A stretch of DNA of 64,000 bases, from assembly GCA_902826795.1 (NCBI GenBank), contig CADEGD010000004.1:94155-158154 (forward strand), written 5' to 3'. The notes beneath the pieces were generated by a model. That model worked only from the letters and a program-made list of their open reading frames with translations. It did no database searches and had not been told where the DNA came from. This DNA comes from an uncultured Acidobacteriota bacterium. Its GTDB lineage: Bacteria > Acidobacteriota > Blastocatellia > Pyrinomonadales > Pyrinomonadaceae. The translations under genes and the position numbers were made by a program. Shown here piece after piece: positions 27,649-37,503 of the stretch (within the stretch, counting starts at the first letter, position 1; each line of letters starts with the position of its first letter).

Positions 27649-28688
27649 TGTCTAACTTCCTAATTTATGGAGCCAACGGCTACACGGGTGAACTGATCAC
27701 TCGCGTAGCCGTTGAGCGCGGATTCAGGCCGATCATCGCCGGCCGCAATGAAGCGTCGATCAAGGCTCTTGCAGAAAAGCACGGGCTTGAATATCGAGTA
27801 TTCTCACTTGATGAAACCGAAAAACTGGACGCGGCCCTAAACGAGGTTGCAACCGTTATTCACTGCGCCGGACCGTTCTCGCTAACCTCGCGTAAGATGG
27901 GCGAAGCTTGCCTTCGAACCAAGACTCACTATACGGATATCACGGGTGAGATCGCCGTCTTCGAAGCCTGTGCGTTGGCCGATAAAAAAGCTAAAGAAGC
28001 CGGCATAATGGTGATGCCGGGCGTCGGGTTCGATGTCGTACCGAGCGACTGCCTCGCGATGCATCTGAAAGACCGCCTGCCGTCAGCTACAAATTTGACG
28101 CTTGCTTTTTATGGAATGGGCCGGATCTCACACGGAACGCAAGCCACGATGACGATGAATGTGGGAAACGGCGGGGCGGTTAGGCGAGACGGCAAGATAA
28201 TGCCTGTGCCCGCCGCTTGGCGGACGCGCGAGATAGACTTCGGCAATGGCGTCGTAAAGACCGGAGTTACGATCCCATGGGGCGATGTCTCGACAGCTTA
28301 TCACTCAACTGGTATTCCAAACATCGAGGTTTTTACGGTCGCGCCACCATCCGCGCTAAAAGCGATGAAACTTTCACGTTACGTCGGCTGGCTTATGGCA
28401 ACCGGACCGGTGCAAAGATATCTCCAATCTAAGATCAAGCCCGGCGGCCCGTCGGACGAAGAACGGGCGAAAGGAAAAACGCTCCTGTGGGGTGAAGCGT
28501 CAGATGACGACGGCAATCAGATTGAAGCGCGATTGCAGTGCCCCGAGGGCTACACAACGACCGCGCTCACTGCTCTAAACATTACTGAAAAGATCTTAGC
28601 CGGCAACTTCACCACCGGTTTCCAAACCCCCGCGAAAGCCTACGGTGCAGATCTGATTCTTGAGATCGACGGAACAAATCGGACGTAG
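27648..28688 (+). CDS. saccharopine dehydrogenase NADP-binding domain protein
   Basis: 346 aa with Rossmann start LIYGANGYTG. Its ATG overlaps the upstream stop (TAATG). Confidence 0.85.
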   Translation: MSNFLIYGANGYTGELITRVAVERGFRPIIAGRNEASIKALAEKHGLEYRVFSLDETEKLDAALNEVATVIHCAGPFSLTSRKMGEACLRTKTHYTDITGEIAVFEACALADKKAKEAGIMVMPGVGFDVVPSDCLAMHLKDRLPSATNLTLAFYGMGRISHGTQATMTMNVGNGGAVRRDGKIMPVPAAWRTREIDFGNGVVKTGVTIPWGDVSTAYHSTGIPNIEVFTVAPPSALKAMKLSRYVGWLMATGPVQRYLQSKIKPGGPSDEERAKGKTLLWGEASDDDGNQIEARLQCPEGYTTTALTALNITEKILAGNFTTGFQTPAKAYGADLILEIDGTNRT

Positions 28689-28721
28689 AACTCACCGGAG
28701 TCGGCCAAAACTGCAAATCTG

Positions 28722-30074
28722 TCATTGCGAAAAGAGACTGCTTACGATCTTGTCGAAGTCCGGATCGCCGCGAAGTGCGTCGAAACGAGGATCTCCCGCA
28801 ATCCACATGATCCACGGGTCTTCCGATTCGAAAGACATTTTAATATAGGCCACAGCCTTGCCGAGTTCGCCGAGCGCCGCACAAGTAGCCGCGTTGTGCG
28901 TGGGCGAAATGCTCATCTGCGGTCCTGCAGCATCGAGAAACGCGATCGTTTCAAGTGCCTTTTGGTGTTCGCCTGCAACCGCGTAAGCGTACCCGATCCA
29001 CCGCATTGCCGGAGCACCCTGCGGAACTCGCAGTATCTTGTCGTATGCCGCGATAGCCTCGCGTAACCTCCCCGTTTGTTCCAAGGCCCAGCATCTCGTC
29101 CAAACCGGAATCACGAATCGCGGATAGAGGGCAAACATCTGATCGCAGTGATCAATCGTTCCCGCAAAATCGCGTGCTAAAAATCGGCTGATCGCAAGAC
29201 AGCCTGCGTTCACCATTGCGGTCAGTTCGTCGGTATTCGCTCGTCGCAGATACGTCGAGGCTTCTTCGTGAAGGCATCGAAACATATATGTTTCGCCTAG
29301 CATTCGATTGGCTGAGCTGTGATGAGGGTTGATCGCTAAAGCCTTTTTAAGATTTTCCTCTGCAGCGACAAAGTTTCTGTTACCGATGAATTCAACGTAA
29401 CCCCTGGCGGCGTAGTAGTCGGCGGTGTCGGCTCCGAGTTCGTACGCGCGTGTTATAGCGGATCGTGCCTTGGCAAATCCCTCGGCCGGCGGTTTTAGTC
29501 CCATCACTACTTCAAGCGTTAGGAGTTCTGCCGTAAGCGAATATGCGGGAGCGAAGCTTGGATCAAGCCGCAAGGTCTCTTCGATCAGTTCCCAAGCTTC
29601 CAAGGCGGCCATCTGGTAATAGCTGACCCGGGCAAGCTGGTAGGCCTCAAACGCCGTCCGTGATTTTACTCGAGTGAGCACGTCAGACGTGGATTGCCTT
29701 GAGTCAGTTGGCTCGCCGTTGTTGTGGCCTTCGGAGTTACTGAGCGTTGTTAACTCGGCTACAAAGCGATAGCCGTGCTTGCGCACCGTCTCGATGTATC
29801 TTTGTTCGCCGGGCCTTTCGCCCAGAGCGCTGCGTATGGTGTGAACTGCCTTGTCTAAATTATTTTCCTCGACGTTCGTGTCGGGCCAGATCGCGCTTAG
29901 AAGTGCCCGTTTGCTTACTAAACTTCCAGCGTTGCGAACCAGATGAACCAAGGTTTGGAAGGCTTTCTCAGGCAGGGAGCCGATTTTCCGACCGTCACAG
30001 CGCTCTAAACGATGCTCCCTTACATCTAGCCGGAAGCCTTCGAATTCAAATATCTCCTTTGCTTCCTGCGACAT
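28722..30074 (-). CDS. CadC/OmpR-type winged-helix regulator fused to TPR domain
   Basis: 450 aa. N-terminal wHTH (LPEKAFQTLVHLVRNAGSLVSKRALLSAIWP..YIETVRKHGYRF) followed by TPR-like repeats. Confidence 0.8.
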   Translation of the reverse strand: MSQEAKEIFEFEGFRLDVREHRLERCDGRKIGSLPEKAFQTLVHLVRNAGSLVSKRALLSAIWPDTNVEENNLDKAVHTIRSALGERPGEQRYIETVRKHGYRFVAELTTLSNSEGHNNGEPTDSRQSTSDVLTRVKSRTAFEAYQLARVSYYQMAALEAWELIEETLRLDPSFAPAYSLTAELLTLEVVMGLKPPAEGFAKARSAITRAYELGADTADYYAARGYVEFIGNRNFVAAEENLKKALAINPHHSSANRMLGETYMFRCLHEEASTYLRRANTDELTAMVNAGCLAISRFLARDFAGTIDHCDQMFALYPRFVIPVWTRCWALEQTGRLREAIAAYDKILRVPQGAPAMRWIGYAYAVAGEHQKALETIAFLDAAGPQMSISPTHNAATCAALGELGKAVAYIKMSFESEDPWIMWIAGDPRFDALRGDPDFDKIVSSLFSQ

Positions 30075-30322
30075 ATGAGACCGCCTTGGGCTCGGAAGGA
30101 AAAAGGAAGAAAACTTTCAGGTAATCAGAAAGACCAAATCTGTCCGGGTTGGCTACTATTCGAGCGTCTTAGAATCCAGACTTTTCGGTCGTAACCTTGT
30201 CGGATCGCTGACGAGTGTAGCGCTGAACTTTTGTAAAGACAACAGCTTTGTTGATTAGTCGAGGTGTGCGGTTGGGCGCGGCATTTTACTGACAGCAAAC
30301 ACAACCCCTTGGAGGTTAACAA

Positions 30323-31615
30323 ATGAAATTCACCCGAACATTCATGTTTATTGTGATAGCGATGTCGGCCGCACTCGTCACGACGGTGCGAGCTGACGCG
30401 GTTACTGATTGGAACGCGATCGCGGTTCAGGCGAGTCTAACGGCAGGTGGCCCTCCGGGGCCGGCGGCAAGAGTTGGCCCAACTTCGGTCGGCGATATTG
30501 CAATGGTGTCTGCCGCGGTTTACGACGCGGTTCAGGCTATCGAGGGCGAGTATCAGCCCTATTATGTCGACATTCCGGGAGCTACAGGATCGCCAGTCGG
30601 CGCTACGGCTCGAGCCGCGCATGATGTTTTGGCTCATCACTATCCGGCCCAAGCCGCGGCTCTTGGCGTGACATATCAGAATTACCTGATAAGCAATGGA
30701 ATTCTTATCACCGATCCCGGCATCGAGGTCGGTGCCAGAGCGGCGGCGGGAATTATCAGACTGCGTGCCTGCGACGGACGATTTCCCGATCCGCCACCGC
30801 CGCCGTTCGTCGGAAGCACCGACATCGGCAAATGGCGGCCGACTCCGCCGGCCAATGCGCCGATGCTCGGTGTGTGGATGGCAAGCGCATCTCCCTTCCT
30901 TCTGCTGCGTCCTACTCAGTTTCGAGCAGACGAACCGCCATCTTTGGATAGCCGCCGATACTCGCGCGATTACAATGAGGTCAAACGTCTCGGAAGCCTG
31001 AACAACTCGGACAGAACTCCCGAGCAAACCGACATGGCGCAGTTTTGGGCGGGCAACTTTGGCGTGATGATGAATAAGCTTTTGCGGGATATTTCGCTTG
31101 CAGAGGTCGACAACATTGCAGATAGTTCACGGCTTTTCGCCCTAGCCAACATGGCTCAGGCAGACGCCATTTACACGGCATGGAACGACAAGCTCCACTA
31201 CAACATGTGGCGGCCGATCACCGCGATCCAAAACGGCGATGCGGACGGAAATCCGCGTACCGTCGGTGATCCGGCGTGGAATTCTCTGATCGCAAGCCCG
31301 CCCTATCCGGACTACATTTCCGGAGCTAACTCGATCACCGCGGCTACCGTTTATTCGCTTGCGCATTTTTTTGGCAAAGATAAGATGGCGTTCAGCGTGA
31401 CAACCACAAATACCGGTCCGACGAATCAAGACACGAGAGAATACACGAGATTTTCGGAGGTTGCAGATGAGGTTGTCGAAGCCCGTATTTTGTTAGGAAT
31501 ACACTTTAGGTTTGCCGATACGGCTGCCCGAGACCTTGGTCGAAACGTAGCTGCTTTCGGCCACCGAAACTATTTTCGCCCAGTCCGTGCGGGACACTAC
31601 AGGGATGAGTGGTAA
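30323..31615 (+). CDS. PAP2 / vanadium-haloperoxidase-like secreted protein
   Basis: 430 aa with a signal peptide. K-x6-RP (KLHYNMWRP) and RILLGIHFRFAD blocks are present. The central block reads ISGAN rather than PSGH. Confidence 0.7.
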   Translation: MKFTRTFMFIVIAMSAALVTTVRADAVTDWNAIAVQASLTAGGPPGPAARVGPTSVGDIAMVSAAVYDAVQAIEGEYQPYYVDIPGATGSPVGATARAAHDVLAHHYPAQAAALGVTYQNYLISNGILITDPGIEVGARAAAGIIRLRACDGRFPDPPPPPFVGSTDIGKWRPTPPANAPMLGVWMASASPFLLLRPTQFRADEPPSLDSRRYSRDYNEVKRLGSLNNSDRTPEQTDMAQFWAGNFGVMMNKLLRDISLAEVDNIADSSRLFALANMAQADAIYTAWNDKLHYNMWRPITAIQNGDADGNPRTVGDPAWNSLIASPPYPDYISGANSITAATVYSLAHFFGKDKMAFSVTTTNTGPTNQDTREYTRFSEVADEVVEARILLGIHFRFADTAARDLGRNVAAFGHRNYFRPVRAGHYRDEW

Positions 31616-31759
31616 CCGTTGAAGGTGAGCGACTCCCACGTTTGCCTTTCCGGTATTCCAAGATCGACCACTAATGGATTACTCACCCGGTTCCGACGGT
31701 CGCTCACGCGAACCTTCAGAATCGGGGTTACTAAGATATTCAAGCCATCGATAAAAAAA

Positions 31760-31787
31760 TTGACAAACAAGAAGCCTTCGTGATAAT
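31760..31787 (+). promoter_or_regulatory. near-consensus sigma70-type promoter
   Basis: TTGACA at 31760-31765, 16-nt spacer, GATAAT at 31782-31787. About 220 nt upstream of ATG 32009. Confidence 0.45.
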
Positions 31788-32008
31788 TTCCGCCTACTAG
31801 TTCAGCAAATTCTTCAGAATAACGCCTGTTGTTCCCCCTTCCTCAGGTGCGGCTTTTGATGGAGGTCCGGTCGTGTCGATCAAGCTCCGCGACGGTCGCT
31901 CTCATGTCCACCTCTTCGTGCGGTCATCTTTCGTGATCGCGTGTCAAAGATCCGTACCGGCTCTCGCTTTTCAAGCCTGACCGCGAATAAAAAAGTAGGA
32001 GAAGTTCA

Positions 32009-32713
32009 ATGTTTAGATCTCGATATAAAACATTCGGAGTTCTGGCTTTCGTCTTTATGTCTCTGACCGGCTTGCTGCTGGTCGGGAACAGAGCCCAGAA
32101 TCCGGCCGCTGCTGTTCGCCCTGCGGACACCGTACGTCGGGGCATGCTGCAAACCGATCTAAAACCTTTCGATCTGCCCGAACTGGTCGGTTCGGCGGAC
32201 AAGATCTATCGTGGAACCGTCATTTCGTCTACGCCTAGCTCGGTAGAGGTTGGCGGAGGAAGACTGTCGGTCGTTACCTATCAATTTAAGGTCGAGGAAA
32301 GTTTTCAGGGAAGCTTCAGCACCGTTAAGGGAATGCAGATCGCCGAGATGACGATGCTTGGCAAAGCCAAGGCAAAGTCAGTTGGCGGGGCCGAGCAGGC
32401 AAAGCTACTACCTGACATGCCGGATTTCACAATCGGCGAGACATACCTGATCTTCGCCACGCGGCCGAGCTCCGCTGGGCTTTCTACGACTGTAGGCCTG
32501 GGACAAGGCAGCTTCCGCGTAGGCATGATCGGCAAGGACGAGACAGCGATAAATAGATTCGGTAATCGCGGACTATTCGAGAGCGGGTCGGGTGCTGTGC
32601 AGAATCGGTCGGCAGCTCCTGCGGCCGCCGCGGACGATGTAGTTACCTCTTACACTGATCTTGCCAGTCGCATCCGCGCTGAGGTTCAAAAACTAGGGAG
32701 GTCACAGAAATGA
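32009..32713 (+). CDS. secreted hypothetical protein
   Basis: 234 aa with AGGAGA SD and an N-terminal signal/anchor. Its stop overlaps the next ATG (ATGA). Confidence 0.6.
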   Translation: MFRSRYKTFGVLAFVFMSLTGLLLVGNRAQNPAAAVRPADTVRRGMLQTDLKPFDLPELVGSADKIYRGTVISSTPSSVEVGGGRLSVVTYQFKVEESFQGSFSTVKGMQIAEMTMLGKAKAKSVGGAEQAKLLPDMPDFTIGETYLIFATRPSSAGLSTTVGLGQGSFRVGMIGKDETAINRFGNRGLFESGSGAVQNRSAAPAAAADDVVTSYTDLASRIRAEVQKLGRSQK

Positions 32714-35382
32714 GAATTAGTTTCAGTGTCCTAACCCTTCTCGGCGTCTTGTTCGTGAACGCATTCGCTGCTGGTCCGTTGATCTTACGGGCTCCGGGCG
32801 AGCCTTTTCGCTGGCCGAATGGAGGTCAGAACATTCCTTTCAATCCCGATCAAGGCGGCCTCGGACCGCTGACAAACGCGCAAGCCGTAAGCGAAACTAC
32901 CGACGCATTTGGAAGATGGGCGGCTATACCGACGTCGACCGTAACGCATGTGAACGCGGGAGCGCTAGCCATTGATGTGGACGAGACGAACTTTGTCCCG
33001 TTTTTTGATCCGGCCGCTCCCGATGGCCTCAGCGCAATCGTCTACGACGAAGATGGAGCGATCTTCGATCTGCTATTCGGACCAAATTCTGGAGTGCTTG
33101 GCTTTGCCGGACCGGAGTGGGTCAACCCCACGACCGGCGAGATCCTCGAAGGCTCCGGATTTATGAACGGCGGAGCTTTCATCGGCGTAGATCCGTTCCC
33201 GATCTCCGAATTGGGATCGCTGCTATTTCACGAGTTTGGCCATTATCACAACCTTGCCCATACGGTAATTAACGGCCAGATAGTGTTGGGCGATTTCTCA
33301 GGTCCCGCACCAAATGACACTTTCCCGATTCCTTCTCTGGTAGATAGGATCGAGACGATGTATCCGTTCTTGTTCATCGGCGGCGGGCAGGCGACGCCGC
33401 ATAAAGACGATGTATCGAGCATTTCAACGATCTATCCGGAACCCACGTTCGCGGCGAATACCGGAACAATAACCGGCCAGATAATTTCGCCAAACAACAC
33501 GACACTCGAAACGGGCGTGAACGTGATCGCTCGCAATACGGCCGATCCTTTCGATGACGCGGTGTCGGCAATTTCGAGCGATTTCACCGATAACTTCACT
33601 CAGGGACAGCCATTTGTCGGGGTTTACACACTTCGCGGCCTGACGCCGGGAGCAAATTATGCGATCTATGTCGATGGCATTCTCGCCGGCGGATTTAGTA
33701 CGCCGCCCCGAGCCCTTTTGCCGGGACCGGAAGAGTTTTACAACGGTGCTTCCGAATCAAGCAGTCCGGCAACCGATGACCCGAGCATTTTCACGCCCGT
33801 CGCGGCTGCGGCCGGAGCCACTCAGACCGGCATTGACATAGTTTTCAACCGCTTCGCTCCGGGTCCGATTCCGGTAAGCGACGACGGAAGTGTCGAGCTT
33901 TTCCCGCAGTTCCCAATCGAACTATGCGGGCAGCGATATGAATCGCTGTTCGTCAACGGCAACGGGAACATCACTTTCGGAGCTCCGAGCGCCTCGTTCG
34001 CCGAGAGTCAGGGAGTAATGCTCACAGGTCCGCCGCGTATCGCCGGAGTTTGGGACGATCTCGATCCCTCATCGGGAGGCGTTGTGAGTTTTTCTGAATC
34101 GTCTAACACATTCACCGTGAGATTCGAGAATGTACCGCAGTTCTTCGAGACGGATTCGAACACATTCGAGATCAAGATCAATCGCAAAGTTTTGGGATTC
34201 GTCGGCAACGCCTTCAAGCTCTCCTATGGCGACCTTGGAGCGACGGACGGACTGACCGGTTACAGTTGCGGTGGCCGCGTTACGTCGGGCTTCGAGACGG
34301 AGCGAAATTTCTCGTCGTTCCGGAACACGAATTTTTCGAGTCTTTTCGAGACGGCAGTGTTCGAACAATTCACCGCCGAGGATAACGATCTCGACAACAG
34401 CTCGGTGCAATTCGTGGGTACGATCGAACCGGAAGATCCACTCGAACGAAACAACACTATCTCGCGCGCAAGGAACGTTTCGCTTCCGTTCGACAGCAGC
34501 AGCCGTTTGCTTCACACCGAGATCGAGCCAACCGGAAACGACGTGGATTACTATAAGTTCCGCGGCCGGACGGGTGAAATATTCGTCGCGGAGACGGTTC
34601 CTGGCTTGACGACGATGGATACGATCATCGGGCTGTTCGACCGCACTGGAACACTCATCGCGGCGGATGACGACGGCGGTGCGGGTGTTCTATCGCGGGT
34701 TGTCTTCACGTTGCCGGCGAATGGAGATTACTACGTCGCGGTTTCGACATTTGGCGATGACAGCTTCACCGGCGCGGGAACCGACTTCGGCCGATACGTG
34801 CTGACGTTGAATTCCTACCGTGGAACGGTCCTGCCTGTCGGAGACGACAGCTCGGTTCAGGTGCCGCTCGGCACGTTCTCTTTCCCCTACCAGGGAACTA
34901 ATTGGACTAGTGTTTATGTGAACGGCAACGGCAACCTCACGTTCGGTGCCGGTGATGAGGACTTCAGCGAGACTCCGGCCGAATTCCTCGCCGGACCGCC
35001 GCGTATCTCGCCGCTGTGGGATGATCTGAGCCCAGCGAACCTGTTCACTGGTTTGCCGCAAGGATTGGTGATCGCGGAGGAGAAGAATCGGACGTTGACG
35101 ATCCACTACGTCAGTATTCCGGAATTCATTCAGACGGGCACCAACTACTTAAGCGTCACACTCGATCGCCATGGCGGCGTCGAGTTCGATTACGGAGCCA
35201 CCAATCGCAGCAACGCGTTGGTCGGTATAACCCAGGGCAACGGGGCGGCTGATCCCGGCCCGGTAGATCTGTCTCGTTCATCACACCTGTCGAAAACGGG
35301 AACGACCTACGAGCAGTTCCTTGGCTCATTCACGACTTATACCGGAAACGACCTTTCTTTTAAGAAAGTACGGTTCAGGTAG
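32710..35382 (+). CDS. secreted multidomain MMP-like metzincin with PPC domain and two NIDO-like modules
   Basis: 890 aa with a signal peptide. HEFGHYHNLAH at residues 174-184 and Met-turn ETMYPF. PPC-like block DVDYYKF..GDYYVAVS. Duplicated VNGNGN(I/L)TFG...GPPRI...WDDL modules. Confidence 0.75.
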   Translation: MRISFSVLTLLGVLFVNAFAAGPLILRAPGEPFRWPNGGQNIPFNPDQGGLGPLTNAQAVSETTDAFGRWAAIPTSTVTHVNAGALAIDVDETNFVPFFDPAAPDGLSAIVYDEDGAIFDLLFGPNSGVLGFAGPEWVNPTTGEILEGSGFMNGGAFIGVDPFPISELGSLLFHEFGHYHNLAHTVINGQIVLGDFSGPAPNDTFPIPSLVDRIETMYPFLFIGGGQATPHKDDVSSISTIYPEPTFAANTGTITGQIISPNNTTLETGVNVIARNTADPFDDAVSAISSDFTDNFTQGQPFVGVYTLRGLTPGANYAIYVDGILAGGFSTPPRALLPGPEEFYNGASESSSPATDDPSIFTPVAAAAGATQTGIDIVFNRFAPGPIPVSDDGSVELFPQFPIELCGQRYESLFVNGNGNITFGAPSASFAESQGVMLTGPPRIAGVWDDLDPSSGGVVSFSESSNTFTVRFENVPQFFETDSNTFEIKINRKVLGFVGNAFKLSYGDLGATDGLTGYSCGGRVTSGFETERNFSSFRNTNFSSLFETAVFEQFTAEDNDLDNSSVQFVGTIEPEDPLERNNTISRARNVSLPFDSSSRLLHTEIEPTGNDVDYYKFRGRTGEIFVAETVPGLTTMDTIIGLFDRTGTLIAADDDGGAGVLSRVVFTLPANGDYYVAVSTFGDDSFTGAGTDFGRYVLTLNSYRGTVLPVGDDSSVQVPLGTFSFPYQGTNWTSVYVNGNGNLTFGAGDEDFSETPAEFLAGPPRISPLWDDLSPANLFTGLPQGLVIAEEKNRTLTIHYVSIPEFIQTGTNYLSVTLDRHGGVEFDYGATNRSNALVGITQGNGAADPGPVDLSRSSHLSKTGTTYEQFLGSFTTYTGNDLSFKKVRFR

Positions 35383-35404
35383 GTAACCGTTAGTCCGATA
35401 GAAT

Positions 35405-35433
35405 CCCGGCCGAGACTTACTGTCACGGCCGGG
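35405..35433. terminator. bidirectional hairpin between convergent genes
   Basis: CCCGGCCG (35405-35412) pairs with CGGCCGGG (35426-35433). Confidence 0.55.
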
Positions 35434-35453
35434 GTTATTCATGTAGTTCGAAT

Positions 35454-36350
35454 TTAATCAGCCAGATATCCGAACTTACCTTGCTGATAATCGTCGATCG
35501 CTTGTGCGATCTCGGCGTTCGTGTTCATCAAGAACGGACCGTATTGGGCGATCGGTTCGTTGAGCGGTTCGCCGGCCATCACGAGAAAGACCGAATCTTC
35601 CTCGGCTCGCACCACGATCTCCTCGCCGTCCGTTTCGAATAGTGCGAGGTTATCGGTCGGCAATTTCTTCTCACCGTTGAGAGTCGCCGAACCTTCGATC
35701 GCGACGACGGCAACCGTGTAGTGAGATGGAAAATTCAGCTTGATCTCCGAGCCAGCCTTCGGTTTCAGGTTGAAAAGATTTACCGGAGAGAACGTCGCCG
35801 CCGGTCCATTCACACCTTCGTACTCACCAGCGATCACCTCTACATAACCGCCTTCAGGTAATTCGTATCGGCCCATCTCGCCGTTCGTTATCGCCTGATA
35901 TTTTGGCTCGGTCATCTTGTCTTTCGCCGGAAGATTCACCCAGAGCTGCACCATCTGAAATTCACCGCCTTCGCGGTTGAACTTCTCTTCGTGATACTCC
36001 TTGTGCAGTAAACCACTTCCCGCCGTCATCCACTGCACGTCGCCCTCGCCGATAACTCCACCGCCTCCGCGGCTATCGTGATGCGCGACCCTTCCGTGAT
36101 AAGCGATCGTTACCGTTTCGAACCCGCGGTGCGGATGCGGCCCAACGCCCAAAAGATTCGTGCTCGGCGGAAAGTTGTACTTCGCGTTGTAGTCGAGCAG
36201 AAAAAACGGGCTCATCCGCTCTGCATGAAGCGGCCCGTGAGGCAAAAATCCGTGAACACGAAATCCGTCTCCTACCCAATGCACCGGCGGCGGCGGCACG
36301 ATCTTCTCGATCGACCGTAAGGAATTCTCTCGCTTAGTTTCTGTCTTCAT
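35454..36350 (-). CDS. pirin family protein
   Basis: 298 aa bicupin with the HPHRGFETVT motif. Confidence 0.9.
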   Translation of the reverse strand: MKTETKRENSLRSIEKIVPPPPVHWVGDGFRVHGFLPHGPLHAERMSPFFLLDYNAKYNFPPSTNLLGVGPHPHRGFETVTIAYHGRVAHHDSRGGGGVIGEGDVQWMTAGSGLLHKEYHEEKFNREGGEFQMVQLWVNLPAKDKMTEPKYQAITNGEMGRYELPEGGYVEVIAGEYEGVNGPAATFSPVNLFNLKPKAGSEIKLNFPSHYTVAVVAIEGSATLNGEKKLPTDNLALFETDGEEIVVRAEEDSVFLVMAGEPLNEPIAQYGPFLMNTNAEIAQAIDDYQQGKFGYLAD

Positions 36351-36828
36351 GGAATTAGTCTAGACGTTTTACCCGGAGAGCGAACCGTCAAATGTGGTGG
36401 ATAACGTCTAGTACTTTCAGGTGAGAGCCTTTTTGGTTCCCTTGAATCGCGGACTGTGGCTTTATACAACCTTTTGACGCGTAGCGCCGTCAACGAACTG
36501 TTTGTTTCGTTTCATTCTGCGGCACACAGTTTTTGTTTCTTTTGAAACACGATCAACTATTTACACGAATTTTCAACAACTTACGAACGTCTGCCGTTCC
36601 GTAGTCGCGACTTTTCGTGTTGCCGGTGACGGCGTAGAACAAGACGTCATATGTCAAAGATCTGCTCGGCCTGAAACCAAGCGGACCTCAAGTTAGCATC
36701 TGTGCCGTCGATTGTCAAGAGTTGTATGTATGGCACGCTTCCGCTTCAGGCTTTCTCATGCCGTTGGAATCGAAAAGACTTTGTGAAATGTTCGATCACT
36801 GTTTCCAGCGTCCTCTTGATTTCGGCGG

Positions 36829-37461
36829 CTAGATTTTGGAGACGGCCATCAGCCCATCTCGTACAGGCAGGAGCACATTACACACGCGAGAGTCCGCTTG
36901 CACCTTCTGATTAAACTCGTGTAGCGCTTTTGTGTTCTCGTCTTTGTCGTCGTCGAGCACGCGGCCGCTCCACAGGACGTTGTCGGCGATGATAAAGCCG
37001 CCTGGCCGCACTTTGTCGAAGACCAGATCGTAATAGTTGGAATAGTTGGGTTTATCGGCGCCGATGAATACGAGATCAAACGTTTCCGGCAATGTCGGAA
37101 TGATCTCTGTCGCGTAACCGAGATGAAACTCGATACGGTCCTTGTACTTCGTTCGCTCTACGAACGCCGTGGCGACTCTGTTTGTGTCTTCTTGTATATC
37201 CAGCGTAATTACTTTGCCGCCTTCAGCCAATCCTTCGGCAAAGCAAAGTGCGGAATATCCTAGATATGTGCCGATCTCGAGTACGACCTTTGGCCGTATC
37301 ATTTTCGAAAACATTGAGAGAATCCTGCCTTGCACAAGTCCCGATAACATCGACCTATCTTCGTAATTACTTTCGCACTCCTCACGAAGCTCTCGTAGCA
37401 CGTCGCTTTCATCAGAAGTAAATGATTCCGCGTAGTTTATGATATTTTGAGTAAATTCCAT
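36829..37461 (-). CDS. class I SAM-dependent O-methyltransferase (caffeoyl-CoA OMT-like)
   Basis: 210 aa from ATG 37461. SAM-binding VLEIGTYLGYSAL. FIGADKPNY and ADNVLW blocks. Confidence 0.85.
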   Translation of the reverse strand: MEFTQNIINYAESFTSDESDVLRELREECESNYEDRSMLSGLVQGRILSMFSKMIRPKVVLEIGTYLGYSALCFAEGLAEGGKVITLDIQEDTNRVATAFVERTKYKDRIEFHLGYATEIIPTLPETFDLVFIGADKPNYSNYYDLVFDKVRPGGFIIADNVLWSGRVLDDDKDENTKALHEFNQKVQADSRVCNVLLPVRDGLMAVSKI

Positions 37462-37503
37462 TGGATTTGTGTGTGCGAACCGGCCGCCGCTCACGCAGGC
37501 AGA

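Noticed and set aside
36351-36828. 478-nt gap between the O-methyltransferase and pirin genes, with ORFs 36502..36696 and 36702..36914. Considered as hidden genes, alaS remnants or an sRNA.
   Set aside because: The ORF products look random and one overlaps the OMT 3' end. No AlaRS-like translation appears in any frame. I saw only promoter-like hexamers and short palindromes (CTAGACGTT/AACGTCTAG, TTGACG..CGTCAA). I cannot support a specific feature.
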